DNA of 64,000 nucleotides from Leucoraja erinacea (Eukaryota): NCBI RefSeq assembly GCF_028641065.1, contig NC_073401.1, positions 24,304,001 to 24,368,000 of the forward strand, read 5' to 3'. Shown piece by piece: positions 53,306 to 64,000 of this stretch (position 1 is its first letter; each line of letters starts with the position of its first letter). The notes under the pieces were generated by a model. It saw only the letters and a program-made list of their open reading frames with translations, ran no database searches and was not told where the DNA came from. The position numbers and the translations under genes were made by a program.

Positions 53306-56266
53306 CTAGACCAAGTGCCTACCCGTTGGGTCTGTTCCTGCAACGCGCGGTTGCAAGGGGGGGCAGTCTGATGTCATCGCGCAACGCCACGCGCTAGGCG
53401 TACGCCATCAAGACGCTGCATACAATGTCAAGATGCTGCGACGCCCTCAATGCGCCTGCATTGACGCGCGGGATTTTCGGACAGTACAAGCCCGCGAGGA
53501 CGGCAAAAAGCAGCGGGGGACCAGCCGATCTGTGTCTGCTGCCAGCGTGACAGAGCCGGGCGGGGCAGTTGGGGGGGGGGGGGTGGTTTTGTAAGTGTTG
53601 GCGTTTTAGTAGGAGAGTCGGGCGGCAGCGGCGGCCTTTATGGTAGCTGGCCAGCAGGAGGCGCGACCCAAATTAGTGATGGGTGCGGGGGGGGGGGAAG
53701 GATTTTATTTTAAATGTGTAGATTTAAAACGACGAACGATTTAAAGAGGATTGATTTGCGAATGTAAAAGTGAGATGTTCTTGATTCTTTCTTTGGTCCG
53801 CCAAAACTACAGGCAAAAACGCTGAGATATTTTTTCATTTCACTAGTCATTTCACTTTCACAGAGTGGGGGGAGGGAGGGGGGAGGAAGAGAGAGGGGGT
53901 GGGGGTGGGGAGAGGCGTGGGGTAAGGGGATAGAAGTGGAAGAGTGGGGAGGGAGGGGTAGGGGGAGTGGTGAAAGAGGGACAGAGGGGTAGGGGGAAGG
54001 TGATGGCGGTAGCGAGGGAAGGGGGGTGGGGAGAGAGAGATGGGTGGGAGAGGGAGAGGGGTGGGGAGAGGGAAACATAGAAATTAAGTGCAGGAGTAGG
54101 CCATTCGGACCTTTGAGCCTGCACCACCATTCAATATGAACATGGCTGATCATCCAACTCAGTATCCTGTACCTGCCTTCTCTCCATACCCCCTGATCCC
54201 TTTAGCCACACGGGCCACATCTAACTCCCTCTTAAATATAGCCAATGAACTGGCCTCAACTACCTTCCATGGCACAGAATTCCAGGGATTCACCATTCTC
54301 TGTGTGAAAAATGTTTTCCTCATCTCGGTCCTAAAAGATTTCCCCCTTATCCTTAAACTGTGATCCCTTGTTCTGGACTTCCCCAACATCGGGAACAATC
54401 TTCCTGCATCTAGCCTGTCCAACCCCTTAAGAATTTTCTATAAGATCCCCCCTCAATCTTCTAAATTCTAGCGTGTACAAGCCGAGCCTATCCAGTCTTT
54501 CTTCATTTGAAAGTCCTGACATCCCAGGAATCAGTCTGGAGAACCTTCTCAGTACTCCCGACATTTTTCTGGTTTTCTCTAATTTAATAAAAATGTGCAA
54601 GTCTTCTTCATATCGAGTTTCAGGGGTGATTTATATAAATATTTTTAAACAATATGTGACAATTTCATGTAGTTTGGTGACTCGGGTCACGAAACTGCTG
54701 AATAAAGCTCCTCGGCCCACAGCCTATTCTCTGTACTCCCAATATGGCAACAATGTATTTGAACATTGGGCATTGTGACATCACACGATGGAACGTTCAC
54801 CGGGGCTGTGGCTCCTGCAAAGGCATATGTAAATGAATCCAATCCGATTGGCTGCGGCATGGGCTGCTTCATGTGACGTGAGAATCCAGTTTGGTGCTTT
54901 TTTGAAATATTGTTTTTGGGGGGGGGGGGGGGGGGGGGGGAAGGATTTGATTAAAAAAAAGTGTACTCACACACGACGAAATGTAATTAGGAGCGGATAC
55001 TTAGAAAGAAAAGCGAAATCTCTACCGAAATGGAAAAGACGTCGGCGATTCTGCGTCCGGTTTCGGAGTTGCGGAGAATCAAAGGAAGAAACGCGGCCGG
55101 AAAGCCGTACATGCAAATGGATCCATTCCGATTGGACGTCCGCGAGCATCGGGCATTGTGACATCGCATGGCGGGAACGAATCGAAAGGCAGGAAGGGAT
55201 CCGTACTGCAGGCAGGCGGACTGATTTGAGTTTTATATATAGACTAGACCAAGTGCAGACCCGTTGGGTGTTTGTCCCCAACAGCGGTTGCGGGGGGTGG
55301 GAGGGGGAGTAGGGGCTGCGGCATCACACTCAAATTAACCACCCCCCAAACTCACAGGTGGGGGGAGGGGGGGGGGGGTGGGTGAGAAGAGGGGAGGGAG
55401 GGGGAGAGGAGAGGAGGAGGAGAAACATGACAGATTTGGGAGGGAAAGGAGAGCGGGGGGGGGGGTGAGAGAGGGGGATGGGGAGAGAGATGTGGGGGAG
55501 GGGGGATTGGGGAGGGAGGGGAGGAGGGGGGAGGGGGGGTGGGAGGAGAGAGGGAAAGGTGGGAAAGAGTGGGGGAGTGAGAGAGGGAGGAGGAGAGGGT
55601 AGGGGGAGGGGGCGGGAGGAGAGAGGGGGAAGGGGGTGGGGGGTAGAGAGGGAAGGGGTAGGTGAGGGGGAAGGGGGCTGTGGGGGAGTGGGGGGAGAGG
55701 GGTGAGGAGAGGGGTGTGGAGAGGGAGAGGGGTGAGGAGAGGGAAGCATAGAAATTAAGTGCAGTAGTAGGCCATTCGGTCCTTCGAGCGTGCACCACCA
55801 TTCAATATGATCAAGGATGATCATCCAACTCAGTATCCCGTACCTGCCTTCTCTCCATACCCCCTGATCCCCTTAGCCACAAGGGCCACATCTAACTCTC
55901 TCTTAAATATAGCCAATGAACTGGCCTCAAATACCCTCTGTGGCATATAACTCCAGAGATTCACCACTCTCTGTGTGAAAAATGTTTTTCTCATCTCGGT
56001 CATAAAGGATTTCCCCCTGATCCTTAAACTGTGACCCCTTGTTCTGGACTTCCCCAACATCTGGAACAATCTTCCTGCATCTAGACTGTCCAACCCCTTA
56101 AGAATTTTGTACGTTTTTATTAGATTCCCCCTCAATCTTCTAAAATCTAGCGAGTACAAGCCAAGTCTATCCAGTCTTTCTTCATTTGAAAGTCCTGACA
56201 TCCAGGAATCAGTCTGGTGAACCTTCTCTGTACTCACTCTATGGTCTGTTTCCCCAACGGCGTTTG

Positions 56267-56299
<33 letters not shown>

Positions 56300-58747
56300 G
56301 AAGAAGAGGGGAGGGAGGAGGAGGAAACGGGATAGATTTGGGAGGGAAAGGAGAGCGCGGGAAGTAGGGGGGCTGAGGGATGGGGAGAGAGCTTTGGGGG
56401 AGGGGGGATGGGGAGGGAGGGGAGCAGGGATGGGATGGGGAAAAGAGGGTTCTAAAAGAATCTAGGGGAAAGAGGGGAAAGAGTGGGGAGGGAGGAGGAG
56501 GGAGGGGGAGAGCGGGAGTGATGGAAGAGGGAGAGGGAGGGGGAAGGTGTGTGGGGGGAGAGAGGTAGGGGGTGGGGTAGAGAGGGGAAGGGGGTGGGGG
56601 GATGTATGGAGAGGATGAGGAGAGGGGGAGGAGAGAGGGGAGAGAAGTGGGGGTGGGAAAGGGAAGAGGGGAGGGGAGAGGTGATCAGCCAGGGGGCGGA
56701 TAGAGTGGGAGAGAAAGTGGAAGAGTGGGGAGGGAGGAGGGGTAGAGGGGTAGCGGGAGTGGTAGAAGAGGGACAGAGGGGTAGGGGGCTGGGGGGTGGT
56801 GGTAGAGAGGAAGGGGGGGGGGTAGAGAGGGAGGGGGGTGGGAGAGAGAGATGGGTGGCAGAGGGAGAGGGGTGAGGAGAGGGACACATAGAAACATAGA
56901 AATTAAGTGCAGTAGTAGGCCATTCGGCCCGTCGAGCCTGCACCATTCTCCATTCAATATGATCACGGCTGATAGAAACAGAGAAACATAGAAATTAGGT
57001 GCAGGAGTAGGCCATTCGGCCCTTTGAGCCGGCACCGCCATTCAATATGATCATGGCTGATCATCCAAACTCAGTATCCCGTACCCTGCCTTCTCTCCAT
57101 ACCCCCTGATCCCTTTAGCCACAAGGGCCACATCTAACTCCCTCTTAAATATAACCAATGAACTGGCCTCAATTACTCTCTGTGGCAGAGAGTTCCAGAG
57201 ATTCACCACTCTCTGTGTGAAAAAAGTTCTTCTCATCTCGGTTTTAAAGGATTTCCCCCTTATCCTTAAGCTGTGACCCCTTGTCCTGGACTTCCCTAAC
57301 ATCGGGAACAATCTTCCTGCATCTAGCCTGTCCAACCCCTTAAGAATTTTGTAAGTTTCTATAAGATCCCCTCTCAGTCTCCTAAATTCTAGAGAGTATA
57401 AACCAAGTCTATCCAGTCTTTCTTCATAAGACAGTCCTGACATCCCAGGAATCAGTCTGGTGAACCGTCTCTGCACTCCCTCTATGGCAATAATGTCATT
57501 CCTCAGATTTGGAGACCAAAACTGTACGCAATACTCCAGGTGTGGTCTCACCAAGACCCTGTACAACTGCAGTAGAACCTCCCTGCTCCTATGCTCAAAT
57601 CCTTTTGCAATGAAAGCTAACATACCATTGGCTTTCTTTACTGCCTGCTGCACCTGCATGCCTACCTTCAATGACTGGTGTACCATGACACCCAGGTCTC
57701 GCTGCATCTCACCCTTTCCCAATCGGCCACCATTTAGATAATAGTCTGCTTTCCCGTTTTTGTCACCAAAATGGATAACCTCACATTTATCCACATTATA
57801 CTGCATCTGCCAAACATTTGCCCACTCACCCAGCCTATCCAAGTCACCTTGCAGTCCCCTAGCATCCTCCTCACAGCTCCCCCCCTCTCCATACCCCCTG
57901 ATCCCTTTAGCCACAAGGGCCACATCTAACTACCTCTTAAATATAGCCAATGAACTGGCCTCCACTACCTTCTGTGGCAGAGAGTTCCAGAGACTCACCA
58001 CTATCTGTGTGAAAAATGTTTCCCTCATCTCAGTACTAAAGGATTTCCCCTTTATCCTTAAACTGTGCCCCGCGTGTCCTGGACTTCCCCAACATCTGGA
58101 ACAATCTTCCTGCATCAGACAAATGCAATTCAGGGACTTTTCACTTCACAAGCAAACCAGAATGACAGTTAGTGAAGAATTTGAATAATCACTGAGCGTT
58201 CTCTATGGCAACAATGTATTTGAGCATTGGGCATTGTGACATCACACGATGGAACGTTCACCATGGGCTGGGCTCCTGCAAAGGCATATGTAAATGAATT
58301 CATTCCGATTGGACATCTGTGAACATTGGGCATTGTGACATCACACGATGGAACATTCACCATGGGCTGGTTCTGCTTGTGTGAGTGAGAATCCAGTTTC
58401 TTTTTGAAATATTGAAGTGGTGGGGGGGGGGGGGGGGAAGGATTTGATTAAAAAAGTGTACCTAAACACGACGAAATGTAATGAGGAGCGGATACTTAGA
58501 AAGAAAAGCGAAATCTCTACCGAAATGGAAAAGACGTCAGCGATTCTGCGTCCGGTTTCGGAGTTGCGGAGCATCAAAGGAAGAAACGTGGCCGGAAAGC
58601 CGTACATGCAAATGGATCCATTCCGATTGGACGTCCGCGAGCATCGGGCATTGTGACATCGCACGACGGGAACGAATCGAAAGGCAGGAAGGGATCCGTA
58701 CTGCAGGCAGGCGGACGGATTTGAGTTTTATATAATAGATAGATAGA
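53306..58747 (-). mobile_element. Head-to-tail dimer of a non-autonomous Helitron-like element (unit A 58747-55244, unit B 55243-53306) carrying CR1 fragments
   Basis: Minus strand: A|TCtatctatctattatataaaactc start; internal junction ggtCTAG|TCtatatataaaactc; end accc-aac-gggt hairpin..cacttggtCTAG|T; no TSD relative to the empty sites at 25945/25946 and 36512/36513. Confidence 0.75.
56890..58115 (-). mobile_element. Nested CR1 3' fragments within Helitron unit A
   Basis: 290-aa ORF 57051-57923 is the CR1 ORF2 C-terminus fused to another CR1 3' end at ~57876. Confidence 0.9.
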
Positions 58748-61700
58748 TGATTAATTTGCAGGAGTGATCACTGGTGGAAGAGCAATATATTTTGCTGCAC
58801 AGAAATTCAATTTGAGCTTATTTTCACTCAATAGTCACTAAAATGGATATTAATGTTTAAGAAAGAACTGCAGTTGCTGGAAAATTGAAAGGTAGACAAA
58901 AATGCTGGCGAAACTCAGTGGGTGAGGCAGCATCTATGGAGCTAAGCGATCTTACGGGTCGAGACCCTTCTTCAGATGGATGTTAATGTTCTCTCATCAA
59001 TTCTAATTCACTGGGTGCTTGGGTTTAAAGTCTTTATTTGTATTTCAGTACAAATTTGTCGCTTAATCAGCTTGGCATAATTGTAAATTGGCCCTCGTGT
59101 GTGTAGGATAGTGCTAGTGTGCGGGGATTGCTGGTCGGCGCATCCAACATCCATGGAACCATGCAGCAGCTGTGAAGCACAAACTCCCCCCTCCCACTCC
59201 CACACTGACCTTTCTGTCCTGGGCCTCCTCCATTGTCAGAGTGGGGCCAAACAAAAATTGGAGGAACAGCACCTCATATTTCACTCGGGCACGGGGAGGG
59301 GAGCAGACCAGGGGACGGGGAGGGGAGGGGAGGGGACGTGGAGGGGAGGGGAGGGGAGGGGAGGGGAGGGAGAGGGAGGGGAGGGAAGGGGAGGGGAGTG
59401 GAGGTAGAAGATAACTTTAAATTGCTGCTCAATCAAGGTTCATGCTGTGATTTGTAAGCTATCCCAGCGAAATATCAGGTGCTGTTCCTCCAAATCACTG
59501 TGGCCCCACTCTGCCAAATGGAGGTGGTCAGGACAGAAAGGTCAGGACCGGTCCCTGTAATCTGCCTATCAAACATCCCCTACATGTATCCACCTCTCAC
59601 TTGCCAGGGTTTGCCCTCCACCTCTCCAGCTTTCTCCCTCCCAACCACAATCAGTCTGAAGAAAGGTCCCAACCAGAATCTTCACCTAACCATGTTTTCC
59701 AGAGATGCTGCCTGATCCGCTGAGTTACTCCGCGCACTTTTTGTCTTCCTTTTCATAACCAGCACCGGCTGCAGTTTCTTGTTTTCTCCCTTTGAACCCA
59801 CTAGGTTTCTTCATCTGTAAATGTGGCTCCACAATCACTGTCATTACCATTCTGTTCTGTAGGTCTTGGGGATGACCAAACTCACACTGTTCTCTACTAC
59901 GCTCCCTGTGTCTCCAGTCCACCCCCTTTGTACGTGTGAGTCTAATCCACACAAGCTTCCAGAGGAGGTCGTTGAGGCTGGGACTGTCCCATCGTTTTAA
60001 TGACAGTTAGACAGGTACATCGATAGGACAAGTTTGGAGGGATATGGACCAAGCGCAGGCAAGTGGGACTAGTGTAGCTGGGACATTGTTGGCTGGTTTG
60101 GGCAAGTTGGGCCGAAGGGCCTGTTTCATCACTGTATCACTCTATGACTTTATGTGGGTGAGAGGTGAGGTTTCTACTTGGGAGTAAGGGTTAAACAGTC
60201 AGCTACGATGTAAGGAAATCTAACAACTCCGCCACATCCGCTGCATTAATCTTCGTTCATCCATTATAATCCAACTTCTGCTGATAAAACAACCAAAAGA
60301 CTGATTATTGCTATTTACCAAACCCAGCAATTCAAATGACACCATGTTTCAGGAAGTGTTCCAATGGCCATTGGCGATACCACTTCTTTACATTCCATGA
60401 GTCGAGCGATTCGTAACCAAATGTGTGCGTTTGTATTTCATGAGACAAAGGCTGCTCTTAACTGTAACCACATTAAAATAATTTTTAATCTTTTCAAGAG
60501 ATGTCCCAATCAAGAAGAGCAGTTTGAACAGCAAAGTGGAAGTTTTACATATGGTTCAGCTGCCGGAAGAAGAGGATAAGTTCTGTGGTTGTGAACGATT
60601 GCAGCAGGATCTGGATCGATTGACCAGGTGGACGGAGGAATGGTTGATGGAATTTAATGCAGAGAAGCGTGAGGTGTTGCATTTTGGGACGTCAATGTAC
60701 CTATCTAACTGTCACTAAAACGATGGGACAGTCCCAGCCTCAACGACCTCCTCTTGAAGCTTGTGGGGATTGGACACACATGTACAAAGGGGGGGGGTCT
60801 GGAGACACAGGGAGTGTAGTAGGGAACAGTGTGTGTTTGGTCATTCCCAAGACCTACAGAACAGAATGGGAATGGCCGTGATTGTGGAGCCACATTTACA
60901 GATGAAGAAACCTAGTGGGTTCAAAGGGAGAAACAAGAAACTGCAGCCGGTGCTGGTTATGAAAAGGAAGACAAAAAGTGCGCGGAGTAACTCAGTGGAT
61001 CAGGCAGCATCTCCGGAAAAACATGGATAGGTGAAGATTCTGGTTGGGACCTTTCTTCAGACTGATTGTGGTTGGGAGGGAGAAAGCTGGAGAGGTGGAG
61101 GGCAAAGCCTGGTGAGTGATAGGTGGATACATGTAAGGGGATGTTTGATAGGCAGATTACAGGGACCTTCCTGACCTTTCTGTCCTGGGCCACCTCCAAT
61201 GGCAGAGCGGGGCCACAAGTGATTTTTCGCTGGGATAGCTTACAACTCAGCAGCATGAACATTGATTGACTAATTTTAAGTTATCTTCCACCTCCACTCC
61301 CCTCCCCTCCCCGTCCCCACTGGGGTGTAAGCTGCCCGAGCGAAATATGAGGTGCTGTTCCTCAAATCTGCGTTTGGCCCCACTCTGACAATGGAGGAGG
61401 CCCAGGACAGAAAGGTCAGTGTGGGAGTGGGAGGGGGGAGTTTGTGCTTCACAGCTGCTGCATGGTTCCATGGATGTTGGATGCGCCGACCAGCAATCCA
61501 CGCACACTAGCACTATCCTACACACAGTAGGGCCAATTTACAATTATGCCAAGATGATTAAGCGACAAATTTGTACTGAAATACAAATAAAGACTTTAAA
61601 CCCAGGCACACAGTGAATTAGAATTGATGAGTGAACATTAACATCTATCTGAAGAAGGGTCTCGACCCGAAACATGGCTTAGCTCCATAGATACTGCCTC

Positions 61701-61752
61701 ACTTACTGCGTTTCGCCAGCATTTGTGTCTACCTTCGATTTTTCCAGCATCT
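58748..61752. repeat. Extra copies of the PLA2 far-upstream block: direct 58748-60693 (matches 25946-27607) and inverted 60692-61752
   Basis: Colinear identity with units 1 and 2; second arm is the reverse complement of ~58870-60023. Confidence 0.88.
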
Positions 61753-62411
61753 AACCATATAACCATATAACAATTACAGCACGGAAACAGGCCATTTCGG
61801 CCCTACAAGTCCGTGCCGAACACCTTTTTTCCCTTAGTTCCACCTGCCTGCACTCATACCATAACCTTCCATTCCCTTCTCATCCATATGCCTATCCAAT
61901 TTATTTTTAAATGATACCAACCAACCTGCCTCCACCACTTCCACTGGAAGCTCATTCCACACCACCACCACTCTCTGAGTAAAGAAGTTCCCCCTCATGT
62001 TACCCTAAACTTCTGTCCCTTAATTCTGAAGTCATGTCCTCTTGTTTGAATCTTCCCTATTCTCAAAGGGAAAAGCTGATCCACATCAACTCTGTCTATC
62101 CCTCTCATCATTTTAAAGACCTCTATCAAGTCCCCCCTTAACCTTCTGCGCTCCAGAGAATAAAGACCTAACTTAATCAACCTTTCTCTGTAACTTAGTT
62201 GTTGAAACCCAGGCAACATACAAGATACAAGATACAAGATACAATTTATTTGTCATTTGGACCCCTTGAGGTCCAAACGAAATGATGTTTCTGCAGCCAT
62301 ACATTACAAACAAATAGACCCAAGACACAACATAATTTACATAAACATCCATCACATTGCTGTGATGGAAGGCCAACAAAAACTTATCTCTCCACTGCAC
62401 TCCACCCCCCC

Positions 62412-62454
<43 letters not shown>

Positions 62455-64000
62455 TGTCAGAGTCAAAGTCAAAGCCCCCGGCTGGCGATGGCGATTGTCC
62501 CGCGGCCATTAAAGCCACGCCGGGTGATGGCAAGGTCGCACACCGGGTCCTGATGTTGGAGCCCCCGGCGTGCGCTCGCAGAGTCCCGCGACCATTCCAA
62601 GCCGCGCGGGGCGGTGCTGTAAGGCCCCGCTCCAGGAGCTCTTCAACCCCGCAACTCGGGCGGGAGAAGTCGCCATTGCGGGAGCCCTGAAAAGCGGTCT
62701 CCCTCCAGGGACCCGCGGGCTCCCGGTGCCGCCGTCCGCCAGACCTGCAGTTGCAGCCTCCGAATCTCCGGAGGTCGGGCCGCAGCAGCGCTCCACCACC
62801 GCTCCACCCGCTCTGGACTCGGCCAGCTCCGCGACGGTGAGGTGAGTCGTCGGCACCAGAGCCCCCAGTCTTCCTGTTGGAGGCCGCTCCTCGTTACAGC
62901 CCCAACGCCAACGCAGACCCGACAAAGAAAAGGTCGGGTCTCCCGTGCAGGGAGAGATTTAAAAGTTACCCCCTCCCTCCCACCCCACCCCACCCACCCC
63001 CCCACACACACACACACCCCAACAAAAAATAACAAAACTACATAATAACATAGACAAAAAATAATAGAAACGCAGATGGGCTGCAGAGGCCGCTGCTGAC
63101 GAGAGTCGCGCCGCCTACCTCGGGGAGGTCACTTAAGACTTAACATTCTAGTAAATCTCCTCTGTACTCACTCTATTTTGTTGACATCCTTCCTATAATT
63201 GGGTGACCAAAATTGTACACCATACTCCAGATTTGGTCTCACCAATGCCTTGTACAATTTTAAATTATTACATCCCAGCTTCTATAATGAATGCTCTGAT
63301 TTATAAAGGCTAGCATACCAAAAGCTTTCTTTACCACCCTATCTATATGAGATTCCACTTCAAGGAACTATGCACGGTTATTCCCAGATCCCTCTGTTCA
63401 AATGTATTCTTCAATTCCCTACCATTTACCATGTACGTCCTATTTTGATTTGTCCTGCCAAGGTGTAACACCTCACATTTATCAGCATTAAACTCCATCT
63501 GCCATCTTTCAGCCCATTCTCCCAAATGGCCTAAGTCACTCTGTAGACTTTGGAAATCCTCTTCATTATCCACAACACCCCCTATCTTGGTATCATCTGC
63601 ATACTTACTAATCCAATTTACCACACCTACATCCAGATCATTGATGTACATGACAAACAACAAAGGACCCAACACCGATCCCTGAGGCACCCCACTAGTC
63701 ACCTGCCTCCAACCCGACAAACAACCATACACCATTACCCTCTGGCTTCTCCCATTCAGCCACTGTTGAATCCATCTTGCTACTCCTGCATTTATACCCA
63801 ACAGTTGAACCTTCTTAACCAACCTTCCATGAGGAACCTTGTCAAAGGCCTTACTAAAGTCCATATAGACAACATCCACTGCTTTACCCTCGTCAATTTC
63901 CCTAGTAACCTCTTCAAAAAATTCAAGAAGATTAGTCAAACATGACCTTCCAGGCACAAATCCATGCTGACTGTTCCTAATCAGACCCTGTTTATCCAGA
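61752..64000 (-). mobile_element. CR1 LINE RT and 3' end, interrupted at 62218-63118, continuing beyond the window
   Basis: YMDFSKAFDKV, SGVPQGSVLGP, YADD in ORF 63343-63957; (ATATGGTT)n tail near 61755. Confidence 0.92.

Noticed and set aside
1-64000. CRISPR arrays, operons, tRNA or rRNA genes
   Set aside because: None seen; the DNA is eukaryotic and the tRNA-like sequences are SINE heads

Overview
Repeat-rich vertebrate genomic DNA, not prokaryotic. The CR1/HER1-type LINEs, HE1-like V-SINEs and Penelope fragments point to a cartilaginous fish, probably a skate or ray. Host genes, spliced by hand from GT-AG sites: (i) four internal minus-strand exons of an SLC2A11/GLUT11-like hexose transporter (2021-11317), whose 5' exons I could not find; (ii) three intact 4-exon group IB secretory phospholipase A2 (PLA2G1B-like) genes, two on the minus strand in a ~10.5 kb tandem duplication and one inverted on the plus strand. 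The three PLA2s share an identical prepro region and near-identical short introns. Their mature exons are dense in amino-acid changes, and the proteins are strongly cationic with Lys at position 69, which resembles a rapidly evolving defence or toxin-like family. The cluster's rearrangement is tied to a head-to-tail, Helitron-like non-autonomous element inserted at an A|T site ~620 bp upstream of one PLA2 copy; the other two copies keep the empty site. A 100-N gap at 51406-51505 is flanked by a probable false duplication. All counts were made by eye and all family names come from recognition, not database searches.
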